A stretch of DNA of 55,965 nucleotides, filler included, from Asterionella formosa (Eukaryota): the NCBI GenBank assembly GCA_002256025.1. It is 4 parts of 4 records of this genome, joined end to end, with 100 filler letters (N's around TTAATTAATTAA, not from the genome) between each part and the next. Parts side by side here need not be neighbours in the genome. Positions count along the whole stretch, not along the records: positions 1 to 13,923 come from NKIB01006303.1; 3 more parts are not named here. One strand, written 5' to 3'. The position numbers were made by a program, and so were the translations under genes. Below are positions 1 through 12,700 of the stretch, piece by piece (the stretch's first letter is position 1; each line of letters begins with the position of its first letter). The notes below the pieces were generated by a model. It was not told the DNA's origin. It was given only the letters and a program-made list of their open reading frames with translations, and made no database searches.

Positions 1-674
1 AAAGTTCTGTGGTAATGATAAGTATATGAAGAGCCATGAAGATAGAGACTCTCAAGGGGAGGGTGTTGGAGGTTATAAAGACTCCGGGTGACGTTGAGAG
101 TCTGATGAGTCAAGTCGTGAAATGTTTATGGGACTGACAGTGGGATCAAAATTAGTTGGAGAGGAAGTCTTGAATTGTATTTGGTAAGATTGAATTTGAC
201 AGGATTAAGTTTGGCAGGACCAGTTGGCAAGATTGACAGTTTAGATATAATTACAATTAGTTCACAATCTGAGAAACCTTGACTTGAGTAAGATAGTCTT
301 TGAAGCCCTTCAACAAAGCTCCCATACGGAGCCATTACCAACATGGTGAAGGCTCAGAAGGTATCATACTTACCTTGGCTGACCAAAAAAAGTCGACTAC
401 TGGTTACGAAAAGCAGGTGCTAGTGCTGTCCCCAACATGGGTATACTATCAAGAGATTCTCTGGCAGATATGCGCTCATTTTACTATTCAAGTAGTAGAA
501 CATCTACTTTGACAAGAGAAGAGGATGACTACATGACAGTAGATGATTATATCAATGCTATTAATAGTTTTGAATTTTTTTGCAACTATGACTAGTGCTG
601 TAGTTAGTGTTCCTGCAGTCATGGTCCCCTTGACCACCATACTTACTGGAGGCCGGCCAAAGAGAACCACTCAA

Positions 675-2357
675 ATGGCATCAGCATCGATGAAAAGAAA
701 AATCGAAGAATGCATTGTCCAGTCGGCCACAGAATACATGAGGGTTAGAGAAGAACTGCACCAAAAGAACAAGAAAGCAAGTAGATTCACACTTGCCTGC
801 ATAATTGGGGGGAGAAAAGAGGCGCTTGGTATTCCTCCTGGATTTGAAATAAATATAGAAACAGTGAGATCTCGGGCAAAACGCAAAGAAAAACAGGGGG
901 AAAAAAGCTTCAATGTCTCCAATGCTCGAAGTTGAGCCATACATTATTGTGCTGATTGACCAACTCTCCAAAATGCGAGTCCCAATTACATGTCAGCAGG
1001 GACTGGAACTTGCTAACTCACTTGTGTCTGGTAAATCCATAATGGAAAATATTGTTGTGCTGTGGAGGCAGAAACATTGCATTTCATTCAGAGAGGATCC
1101 AAAATTGTCTAAACCACTGGGAGCAGGGTACTGGAGGGGATTCATGAGTCGCAATTGGCTTCATGTCAAGGCAAAGAAAGTTGTCAAATTCGATGGGAAG
1201 CGTGCTGACTGGTGCACATTAAGGAACTTTGAGCAGATGTATAAAGATGTGTATGAGGAAATGGCCAAGATGGGTATTGCGGAAAAGCTGGAAGAAGAAG
1301 TGTGGTTGAATAAATCAGGAGATGTTGTTGCAAATGAGGAAGGAGCCCTGGGAATGAAAACAAAGTACATTTTGAAGCATCCCAACAAACTGATATTTGT
1401 TGATGAAGTTGGAAGTAACACCAGTCAAGCAAAAGATGGACAGAAGGGGTGAGAAAGTGTTATGTATTGTGACCTATGGTACAGTATGTACCATGCTAGA
1501 TCTACTATTTCATTAGATGGTATAAGTCCTGTGTAACGATAACCTTATAGGCTCTTCTATACAGACCATATACTTGTTTACTCTCACTGTAGAGATTTAC
1601 ACAATACACACTGTGTATGTATACCACGTCAACCATAAGTGAAAGGTTTACCCTTTTACATTACGCACACGACTATCATGGAACCCATACGTAGTACAAA
1701 TACATGTACATGAGAGTGATCATGATTAGTACGTGATGCTATACACACGGTTCCTAGCATGTAGCTCGTAGTACATATTGCATTATGTACCCGCAGCTAT
1801 ATGTTACGTGATAACTATTGGTACAGATGTATCTCTAGAATAGACGTACCAATGCTAGGCTAAAACATGACACCTAGCATGGACTCTTGACACCTAGTAC
1901 ATGCCCTTCTCATCAAGACCCTTATGAGTCCCCTTGGACTAGGAGCTAATATAGATACACTACTCATTAAGCTCATAATTACCCAGAACCTACTTGTTGA
2001 ATCCTGACAACCGTAGGGCATATTGGAACAGCAGCAAGACCACAACAACAAAGTGCTATGAAGGATGCGCATTTTGCAGTCTTGGGATTTACAGCTGCCA
2101 AAGGAACTCCAGTGATGTGTGCTATAATATTTGTTGCTAAAGAGCTTGAACTTAGTTGGGTACAGGGGCTTAACCCGTTTGTGGAATGGCATGGCAATGA
2201 GGACGACTTCAACCTAAACACTGGCAAAGGAAAGCGATATCCCCAGGGACCTGTGTGTGTTAAATGGAAAGCATGTGCCCTTTTTGTGTTGTTGCTCGGA
2301 GTCAGGAAGCATTACTGCAGAAATGTTGGTGAGAATGTTGGCCTAAATGGACCTTTC
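675..2357 (+). pseudogene. Degraded pogo/Tc1-mariner-superfamily (DDE_1-like) transposase, split by a solo LTR
   Basis: Frameshifted fragments: CENP-B-like HTH region (...LGAGYWRGFMSRN...), catalytic-type motif KLIFVDEVGSN, then after the 1470-2020 insertion RPQQQSAMKDAHFAVLGFTAAKGTPVMCAII and CCCSESGSITAEML. Removing the insertion and one TATTG restores EKVLCIGTAARPQ. The 3' end is truncated. Confidence 0.7.
1470..2020. mobile_element. Solo LTR (551 bp) nested in the transposase
   Basis: Starts TGACCTATGGT and ends ACCGTAGGGCA (TG...CA, 9/11 terminal inverted repeat). Flanked by a perfect 5-bp TSD, TATTG, at 1465-1469 and 2021-2025. No internal coding domain. Confidence 0.85.
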
Positions 2358-2561
2358 AACACACAGCCTCCGAACATTGGGTCTCGCAATATACCAGCAT
2401 CACTCATAATTCCGGCAGTACCGTGTACCATCAGGTAATAAGGTGTTAACTGGGAGTACCAGCAAGTTGCGGTCATTTTGCTTAAACCAACATTTTAATC
2501 TTGGATAAAGATAGCTAAATCTTTAGTTTCAGCAAATTTATCGCAAATTGCAGGTACCTGG

Positions 2562-2735
2562 TGAGCAATCCTGCACATTGATACAGATATGTATAGGGTT
2601 AGGGTTAAATCAAATATATCAGAACTCGACTTACAACTGTTGTATACTTTGATGTCAACTTGGGAAACAAGTTGTACATAAGATTAATTAGCTCATATAT
2701 TCAACAAATACTACTACTTCTAGTTAGATACTTCA
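2562..2735 (+). repeat. Gypsy 5' LTR (3' boundary uncertain: 2695, 2706 or 2735)
   Basis: Homologous to 7281-7343 and 13736-13923. Candidate CA ends at GCTCA (2695, inverted repeat of TGAGC), TCAACA (2706) and CTTCA (2735). Confidence 0.65.
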
Positions 2736-2773
2736 CTTTGAATTCAAAAAGTTTCCAATTAGAAAAAAGAAAC

Positions 2774-5700
2774 ATGGCAATGTATTCAAGGGTTCCTGTC
2801 ATTCCTTTGATCAAAGATTACAATGTATTGACTGTCAAGACTAAAACATTCAGAGTTGCTTTAACCGGTGGAAGTTTTGAATCGTTTGATCAAGATATAA
2901 TCGATGGAAGCTCTGTGGAAGCATTGTTGATCGGAGTGAATCAATTTTGTGACATGGCTAACACATGTGCTTTAGCCCTGCAGATACCTTTTCCTACTTT
3001 AAAAGGGGTTTGACTGACATTGCCTTATCAGATTGTTTGAATGTAGAAGTACACCCAGAAGATCAATCCTACGATAGTTTCGATGAAGCAATGACTTTGT
3101 GGTTAGATGATCGTTTACCAAACAAGAGTTTTCAACATCAACGACAATGGATGCTATGCTACTTGTCTAAACCCTTTTCTATGTTGGTAATTGATTTCGG
3201 AGCTTCTATTAAGACTTTGAACAGGCTACTTCAACTAATGCCTCATCCAGAAGATCAAAACAGATTGTCAAAAGAAGATATGCGGATTATCATCATCCGA
3301 TCTATGCCCGATGAGTGCAACCAGAGTTTGAATTGAATCATGCTAAAACTTCAGACCAATCAATTCGCTCGGTTCTCACTTACTTCGAGAGTCAACAATC
3401 GTTTATGGATCGAAACAAGCACCTTCACAAGAACAGTTTTCAAACAATCACGCAAAATCGTCTTCGTATTGCTGAAGGCAATCGTGTGATGCGTCAAGAA
3501 AACGAGCGTGTCAGTCGTCAATTCTACCACGATAATTTTTCTCCAAGTGGTCGTGGAAGAGCGTGTGCTTTTGTCAATGCAGCCGGGATCATCAGTCGAC
3601 TGTTTGTCATCAAGCTCTACAAGCCAGTCGTACGTACCATGATTATTGTGGCCCTTGCCCGGTACATCCCGAAGGTATACATACTTGGGGCAATTGTTTT
3701 CAGAACCCTCGTACTCAAGGTGGTCGAGCAGGTCGCATGGCTGGTCGTCATAATGGACGTGGCCGTTCCAGTTTCGGTAGACGAGGACATTTCGGTTCAC
3801 ATAGTAATCCTACGGAAATCTACCATACTGTCACTGCTAACCCTGTGTCTGCTCCACATGTTCGTATGTTAAATACATGGGGTCGTAATACTCATCCATC
3901 CGGTTGGGGTATCAGGTACCGTGCCACGTGCCGATACTACCGAGAATATATCGGCCCAGGAAATTTCAGTGGTCACGCACGAACCCTTCTGCTGGTCAGA
4001 TAGTGACTTTTGTCCCTACTACACAACAGCAGATTGCTGATCGCCATTACAGAGGTATGTGCGATAAAAGCGATGCTATTTATAATGACTCATTGAGTAT
4101 ATCTCACGTTAGTCATCACCTGGATTATATTGTTTATTAACAGGATGAATACACTATGAATAACGCTGTTGCTGTAAGGCGGGACATATATAAATGTATC
4201 GATGGACATGATGTTCCACATACATATCAGGGCCCAATTCCGGTTTCCTGTTTTACTTCTAAGGATATATTAACGACAATTGATTTGATTCCGATGTCTC
4301 TTTTAGCGCCACGATTGGTGGAGGCTATGCCTATTATTTGATAGTGGAGGATCCTTATCCTTAATACATGAACAGGTTATGCCTTTAGGTATTTCTTTGT
4401 CTAACAAGACTTCACAATCAATACCTACCATAGCTGGTACTTATTTATCTCATGCCAGTGTTATTTTATATGACCGGAGTCTACCTGAATAAAATCGATC
4501 TGCTCGTGTTTTACAACAAAAATGTCTCATGATAGGGCCAACTGGCTGCGGCAAGGTCAGTGCATTATCGTCTCGAATTAAAGTTTTTAATGCTCTATGC
4601 ACATTTGATGCTATTTTAGGACGTGATTTCCTTCATCAAGTTGGTTTAACCCTTGATTTCGTAAATAACACCCTGTCCTGTATGGATATGATTGTTCCTA
4701 TGCATCCTCTTACATTCTTTGATGATGGAGAACGTTTATGTGATGTATTATTATATTTTGATGCACCTATGATTATGGAACCTTCATATGCGCTGGAAAT
4801 ATAATAATGTGAATATTGATACAGTGGTGAATAAACAGATGCATTTAACAACAATGCAACGGTCATGTTTGCGAACTGTATTGGTTAAATTTCAAACATT
4901 ATTTGATGGAAAATTAAAAGTTTATCCTCATAAACAGGTACATTTGGAATTTATTATCAAATGCTATCCCTCGCCATCAACGAGCATATCCTGTCGCTCA
5001 TATTCATTTAGAAGTTTTCAAAACCGAATTACAATGGGTGTGTGATATTGGAGTCCTACAAAAATGCGGTGCTTCTAAATGGGCGTCGCCTACGTTTATT
5101 ATTCCTAAAAAGGATGGAAGTGTCCGATGGGTATCAGATTTTCGTGAACTCAATAAAGTCATCAATCGCAATATATATCCGCTGCCTCGAATACAAACGA
5201 TTCTCACTAAGCAAACGTTCTTGAGGGTAAAGTCATCAATCGCAATATATATCCGCTGCCTCGAATACAAACGATTCTCACTAAGCAAACGTTCTTGATA
5301 TGTATTCTTCACCAATTGGATGTTTCTATGCAATACTATACTTTCGCATTAAATAAAAATTTATGCGTTATATCAAAATTTATGGGTTATTTCCACTCCA
5401 TTTGGTTTATTTAAATATTTACGTCTTCCTATAGGGGTGAAACAATCATCTGATATAGCACAAGAAACTATGGAACAGATCCTTAGTGATTTAGATGATG
5501 TGGAAATTTATATTGATGACGTGGGTTGTTTTTCAATGATTTCTCCGGATCACATTCATTTATTGGACATTATTTTACATCGTTTACAGGCAAATGGTTT
5601 TACAATTAATCCATTTAGGTGTGATTGGGCAGTCCAAGAGACAGATTGTTAAGGCTATTGGTTAACTTCTAATGGACTGAAACCTTGGTCTAAAAAGGTC

Positions 5701-7254
5701 CGAGCATTGATTAATATGTCTTCACCTACCAATTTTAACAAGTCAGATCATTTCTTGGTGCTGTTACGTACTTTTGAGACATGTTTCCTAGACGATCTCA
5801 TGTTCTTGGACCACTTACAGATTTATTGGAACTAGTCCATTTGTCTGGCTACCCATACATCAACAAGCTTTTGAAGAAATGAAAGCGTTGTTGATTGCAG
5901 ATACACTCATGCGTTATCCTGATCATAATCTTCCTTTTCATATATTTACTGAGGCCTCTGATTATCAATTAGGATCGGTCATTATGCAAAATGATCTCCC
6001 AGTTGCTTATTATTCTCGCAAATTATACACTTTCAAAGAATTTCGCTCTATGTTATTGGGTGCAGTTCTAAATGTTCACACTGATCATCGAAATCTTATT
6101 CATAATACTTTACATACTCAACGTGTTCTAAGATGGAGACTTTATATTGAAGAATATCATCCTACTTTTCATTATGTGAAAGGGACTGACAATGCTATTG
6201 CAGATTCCATCTCTCGCCTCCCGAGGCTTGAGTCTTGGTGGGGGATGGTATTGGACCGAAATCTCCAGCATCAACATCCATTTCTACCTTTTCAATTGAA
6301 TTAGATGATGAACCTTTGCCTACCTGTTTCCTTAATCATCCAATATTGACAGACAATATTCAGTATCCTCTGGGCTATAATTAAATACATGATAGACAAT
6401 TGCTGGATATACGATTGATTCTCAATCAACAAACACATCCGTTAAAATTTCCCTCTATCAATTTTCATGACATATTTTTAATATGTTTTGTGAATAATTC
6501 AGGAGATACTTGGCGTATTCCTATTCCTACAACATTAGTAATTGAATTTCGTGCTCTAACTTGTATTGATACGGTTACCAATTTGGCAGAAATTTCATGT
6601 ATCAATAACAAAACATCAGAATACATTGCAATGAAATTTGAAAATGATTGGTGGTTAGCCAGATATCTCCGTCCAGAACGTTGTATACATGACAATGGAG
6701 GTGAATTTACTGGTGCTCCTTTCTTACACATGTTGGTGCTGAAAGGAATCAAAGATGTGACTACTACAGTCAAGAATCCACAAGCAAATGCTAGCTGTGA
6801 ACGTTTACACCAATCTATCAGTAATAGTCTACGAGTTATGATGTTAAAGGCTCATCCTCCAATGAATGAAATTCAAGCCCAAAATAATGTGGATACATGT
6901 TTTGCAACTGCATCATCTGCAGCTCGAACTACTATTCATAGTATATTGCGTATTTCACCAGGTGCATGGGTTTTTCAACGTGATATAATATTAAATATTC
7001 TTTTAAATACAGATTTACAATTGATACATCAACGTCGACAGGTTATATTCGACGAACGCTTATGTCGCGTTAATTTCCGTCGTCGATCTTATGATTACAA
7101 AGTGGGTGATGAGATTTTAATACTTTTGGATAATCCTACTACTTTGGATGATTATGGACGAGGTCCTTATAATAATATTCAAGTACATGCCAATGGTACA
7201 GTTACTTTTCAACGTACTATGCATATTACAGAAATTAACCCTTTTCATAGGTAA
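2774..7254 (+). pseudogene. Gypsy gag-pol remnants with many stops and frameshifts
   Basis: Gag knuckle CPVHPEGIHTWGNC; protease-type DAILGRDFL; RT WASPTFIIPKKDGSVRWVSDFRELNK and EIYIDDVG; RNase [29 protein letters not shown]; integrase HDNGGEF, NPQANASCER. Confidence 0.9.
5154..5298 (+). repeat. Perfect 71-bp tandem duplication inside the Gypsy RT
   Basis: 5154-5224 is identical to 5228-5298, separated by GGG. Confidence 0.9.
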
Positions 7255-7280
7255 AAGGCTTTCCCTTAAGTGTGGGAGAG

Positions 7281-7343
7281 TGAGCGATCCTGCACATTGA
7301 TACAGATGTATATAGGGTAAGGGTTATATCAAATATATCAGAA
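7281..7343 (+). repeat. Truncated Gypsy 3' LTR preceded by a polypurine tract
   Basis: TGAGCGATCCTGCACATTGATACAGATGTATATAGGGTAAGGGTTATATCAAATATATCAGAA matches 2562 onward, then similarity stops abruptly. Confidence 0.85.
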
Positions 7344-9775
7344 TGACTAACATTTTTAATCCTTGGTTATATTGGGTCTTCGGGAGGAGTTCCAATTGGC
7401 AAAACAGTATACACACTACAGCTCGAGTATTAACCCCCATATTCATTGGTCAGGTGTTGAGAAAGGCTTCAAGTCGACTTGCGCCTTGGTCAAAAAGTAC
7501 AAGTTAAGCATTGATAAGTCGCGTGAGTACACCCTGGTTTTCATCATTTACACCTCATTTTGCACAACATTTGTCAAAGGTCACAGGTCCAATGCTGGTG
7601 ATCTAGGCCTTCTGATTTTGTTTCAATTCACCCTCCTTTGCACTGCATAATAAAGGATAGAATTCAGATAAAAATTATTTACTAAATAAAATTCTACAAG
7701 ATTAAATGTTACTGTCTTCTTCAAAGGAGTTTCATGAGTAAATCATGATTCCCTCCTTTTATTGAAAGTCAATAATTTCCAAAAGCAATATTTATTTGAT
7801 ATACCGTATAACCTAGTGTCCTTTAGCCCTCAATATACACAGTTTGATGGAGTTTATTTAGATGGGGATGCAAGACACCAGAACTTTTTTTGATTGCAAA
7901 ACATTATGAAAGAACTGAATTCACAATCATTTTCTCCATAGTCTAAAACAGAACTCACCACCTAAAAAGAGATGTTGTTTTAGGTTCAATCGGTTTCTAA
8001 AATCAATTGAATTTAAATTTTTGGTGCACTGCTGCACTCAAATTTTGTGAAAGTCTCAAAAATAAATTCTAGAGTGTGTACACTTTTTTACCCTATTCTA
8101 TAATGTAATAATTTGGGTAGCTTCTAAGACTTGGATTGTGATAGAAATTGAAGTTAGCCCATCAAATCATTTTCTGCAGAATCATCAGCATGACAACTAA
8201 AAAAAATCTCTGCATCAAGCCAAAGAAAAATGTTGTTGTGGAGCAAACAGCAAGCAAGCCTTACAATATCAAGACATCCGCTATAGCAAACTCGGTTCAG
8301 CCAAAGTAGATCAGGAGCTGGAAGTCTACTATGCTGGAAGGTGCAACGCTTGTGCTGGTTCCGGCAGTGGTTGCAGAGATTCCCCTGTAGGAAAAATTTT
8401 CGATTCAGAGGCAGGTGTTGATGAAAAAACTCTAATCCAGTCTCTCCAAAAAGTGCTGCTGACTTTGAAAGGAGTTGTGTCTTCAACAAGATTGGGGTTT
8501 CACAACGATGATGCTCACTGTTGAACATAAACGAGAAACATGAAAATGCAAATGTGTCTCTGAAGGCGCTCGAAAAACAGATCAAGCGCTGGCTCACCTG
8601 TAACGACTTTGTCATTCAAGGTGTGACTCATGTCGCACTAAATACAAGGTTGGATGAGGAGAAGATTCGGATTTTTTTCACTTAAATATTTTTGTACATG
8701 ATCAATCAAGTTGCTGCTTTCTAATTTTCTTCTGGAAGCATTGTCATTTTTGATGAGACAAACATCAATTTTGTCATGTTTGGGTCAACAATGTTGGCAA
8801 ACAATGGCGAAAGGATTATTGGGCTCGGAACAACAGGGAATTCAGATCATTGCATTCAAGTTTGTTTGGAGTCCAGCTGTTTGTGGATTCAAAGTAACCA
8901 TATTGTTTTGCTTTGTAGTATATACTCAAAACTGGTTTGTAGTACATACTTGTAATGACTAGATTGAAATTAATTGAAATCAGCATTAGTAAGTTGAATC
9001 TTCTGGACTTTTAGAATGGTAAATACTCCGAAACTGTGAATGAAGTGTGAGTGTGAATGACTATTTGCTGTGGTTTTTTTCAAAGCAAGAAACTGGAATG
9101 AGATTGATTAGTACCATTTCAGGGGAGGACTCAAAAACAGTAGTAGTTCACACTGGTCTGACGGGTACGGGATCATAAAAACGGTGTGAAGGTTGGCTTA
9201 GGCCAATCACATAATCCAATCTATTATTAATATCCAAGTGATTCTCTGTAAAGCCTCTCATGCTACTTGACTTGTTCTTCATCCATCGCAACCACTTCAT
9301 TGCAGGAATTTGTACGAAATTTTGTCAGCTTTTACTTCACAGAGTGCAAGTGTGTCAACACAAATGATATCGATTGCTTTTGCATCAAATCTCATCGACA
9401 AAATACAGTAGAGGCCTTTACTACAAAATTGTCTCCGATTTATTTTGATTCTCTGGTTTATTGGTAATACCGGTCATTATTTGGTCAATGCAGCACCAGG
9501 GTAGTCCAGAAATCTCTGTACTTCCATGGTTCGTCGGAAATAACCATCTGTTGTCTATTATGTCAATGATAAGCACTATGTAGACCGGTATTGATATCTA
9601 TTCTGAACAAAAACCCAAATCTCTCAAACTAGCTGGTTCAGCAATCCATGTTCAAGAGCTTCGACGTTTGCTATTTCCTAGTAAGACCAATCCAGTTCAA
9701 CGCGTTGTTCTGCATTGAATCAAATACAGAATCTATTTGTTTGTTCAAGTCTGTAGCAACTTCACCACCAAAACC

Positions 9776-12700
9776 TTAGAGCTCAGCAAGTTGGGTTTGT
9801 ACGTTGATAACATCCCCATTCACAGTTGTCCTTGATGACACTGTACTAACTGATCCAATTCCTCCACTTGAGTCTTCGATGGAAACTTCAAGTTGCTTGC
9901 CATCTTCATCTCGTGTAATGACAACAGTGCATTTCTCTCCAACAACGCGTCCAAGGTCAATCGTTGCCGCATCTCCCTCTTTCATAAAACCGCGCACAAG
10001 AGCATCACTGATACTATCCTCTAAGAAACGTTGCGCAGCACGTCGCATTGGTCGAGCACCAAACTGAGAGGCTTGTGCACTCCCTTCATCTCGGACTCGC
10101 CGGACAAGGGCTGATGTTATCGTCAAGTGCATGTTCCGTTCTGACTTTGCGCGGTTGACTGTTTGTTGCAGTAACAACGATGCAATGTCGCTCAAATCAC
10201 CTTCACCAAGCGGAGAAAAGACCACGATTTCATCAAGACGATTAAGAAGTTCGGGTCGGAGTGCATCTTCTAACTCTTCTTTCACAACAGCTATGAGTTT
10301 GGAATATAAATCTTCTGCTCTGATTGTCTCACTTAGTGCTGGACTAGGCAAAGAAGTTCCTTGCATTGTATTCATCAAACCTGATGCAAACGAGCTAGCT
10401 GCATTGTTGGTCCAGCTAGATATAACACTTTCCACCGCTCCCTGAATAGAAGCTATACCTGATTTTGGCTCTTTGGAAGCCGTAGGGGCCAGGGGTGGGG
10501 TATTGTCTGCCTCCAAGACAGCCCAAAGATTTTGTAGGAATGCTGCAACCTTTGGGCTATTTTGCCCCGCCTTTAGAAGGTCAGCTGGCGAACCACCCAT
10601 GGCAGTCTGCATGGCTTTCATTGTTACAGGATCGGCAGCAGCTTCCATCATGAGTTTCATGGCTTTTGGGTTGTTTTGTAATTTGGACAGTACTTCCTCT
10701 GGTTTCATAGGTTGCAATGAGGTGGATGACAATTCCTTCGCAACTTCAGGAGAGCGGTATACCGAGGCATCGCTCTCTCGTGAAGCTTGCAAAATTCGCT
10801 TGCTTCCCACATTGGAAGTCATGACGAGGATTGCATTCTTGAATGAGACAGTTCGGCCTTTGCCGTCAGTCAACATGCCGTCCTCCATAATTTGAAGGAG
10901 AATATTCAAAACATCGCTGTGTGCCTTTTCTAGTTCGTCCAACAGGACAACGGCATGAGGCGATCGGCGTACTGCTTCTGTCAATTGCCCGCCTTCTTCA
11001 TAGCCAACATAACCAGGTGGAGGCCCGGTCAACCGACTGACACTGTGTTTTTCCATATATTCCGACATGTCAATCCTGATCATATCCTTTTCAGATCCAA
11101 AGTATGTTTGGGCCAGGGTCTTACAGAGTTCCGTCTTTGAGTTGGGTCCAACGTCATTGTTAGCGACAAGTTTCAAACAGATCTAAGCAATGGCATAAAC
11201 ACAGCAACCGCTTCGTACCTTGCCAGTGCCGGTTGGGCCACAAAACATAAAGGACGCAATTGGACGTTTTGGATCTCGCAATCCACTTCGTGCTCGGCGG
11301 ACGGCTCGTGCCACAGCACTGACTGCCTTTTGCTGTCCCTTGACACGGGCTGTCAATTCATCTTCTAAAAACAGCAGTCGTTGCATTTCGTCTGATTCTA
11401 GTTTTCCCAAAGGTATGTTTGTCCATTCTGACAACACTTGTGCCACAGAGTGTTCCGTCACAGTTGGAGACTTGGCAAAATCAACAGGTTCCACTCCCAT
11501 GACAGAATCCATATGAACCAATGCACCTGCTTCATCGAGCAAGTCAATTGCCTTGTCCGGCAAGAATCGATCATTGATATAACGTTCACTCATTTTGGCA
11601 GCGGCCACGAGAGCCTCATGTGTATAAGCAACACCATGATGTTTCTCGTACTTGGAAACGATTGCCTTGAGGATCAACAATGTTTGTTCCACCGTTGGTT
11701 CTTTGATCATGAGAGGTTGGAATCGTCGCTCTAACGCCGCGTCTTTTTCAATGTATTTCCTATATTCAGTAATAGTCGTTGCTCCAATGATTTGTAGTTC
11801 TCCTCGTGCCATGACTGGTTTCAATAAGTTCGCCGCATCCATGGACTCTCCTTCTCCTGCACTACCAGCACCTATCAATTGATGTACTTCGTCAATGAAG
11901 AGAATCGTAGGAGTGGTCTTTTCATTGGTGACTTCAGCAATAATGTTTTGAATACGTTCTTCAAATTCACCTCTATACTTGGTGCCTGCCACTAGACTTG
12001 CCAATTCTAAGGAAACAATTCGAAATCCTTTCAATCGTGGTGGGCAAGTCGTTTCATTGACAAGAATTTGTGCCAACCCTTCTGCAATGGCTGTTTTACC
12101 AACACCAGGTTCTCCGATCAAGCATGGATTGTTCTTTCGTCGCCTGACTAATGTTCTTAGGGCCGAACGAATTTCTTCATCTCTACCATATACAGGATCC
12201 AGTTGACCTGCTCTGGCCATTGCCGTCAAGTCTACTCCACACTCAGCCAATGTGGGTGTCTTGGATGCCCCACCAGCACCACTCCCAGCAATGGCCAAGT
12301 CCTTGTCATTTTGTTCTTGTTTCATATTGGTCATTAATGCAAAGCAAAACTCCGTCGCATCCAAGTCTTCCAACCCATCCGTTCTAAGCAAAACTGCCAA
12401 ACCCCCACATTGAATCCTTCCATCCATCGGTTGTGCCGCCGTTTCTCCCGTAAATTCCAACAGTGCCAACAGGACATGTTGGCTATGAATGGTGGGTGAC
12501 CCTAACTTATCCGCAAGTCTACTGGCATCGACCATTCCTGTCTTTAGCTTTTTTGAAAACGGCAAATCTTGTGGTTGCGATTTGAAAAAGGCAAACGCAT
12601 CATTGGAATTGGCAGCAGGATACATTTCTGAAAGAGTCTTGGTGACCTTGCGCCATGTAATGTCATATTGGACCAATGTCGATTTCGCCGCTTCTGGTCG

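Larger units (their letters stand above)
2562..7343 (+). mobile_element. Degraded Ty3/Gypsy LTR retrotransposon (3' LTR truncated)
   Basis: 5' LTR starts TGAGCAATCCTGCACATTGATACAGAT at 2562. The same sequence recurs at 7281-7343 right after a purine tract (GTGGGAGAG). Internal domain order is gag-PR-RT-RH-INT. Confidence 0.9.

Noticed and set aside
2696..2760. PBS (tRNA-type or self-priming) for the Gypsy element
   Set aside because: No TGG start and no convincing LTR-complementary segment conserved in both LTR copies; the LTR end itself is uncertain.
7363..9470. Short ORFs between the Gypsy element and clpC
   Set aside because: No recognisable motifs or consistent frame; probably decayed repeat or non-coding DNA.
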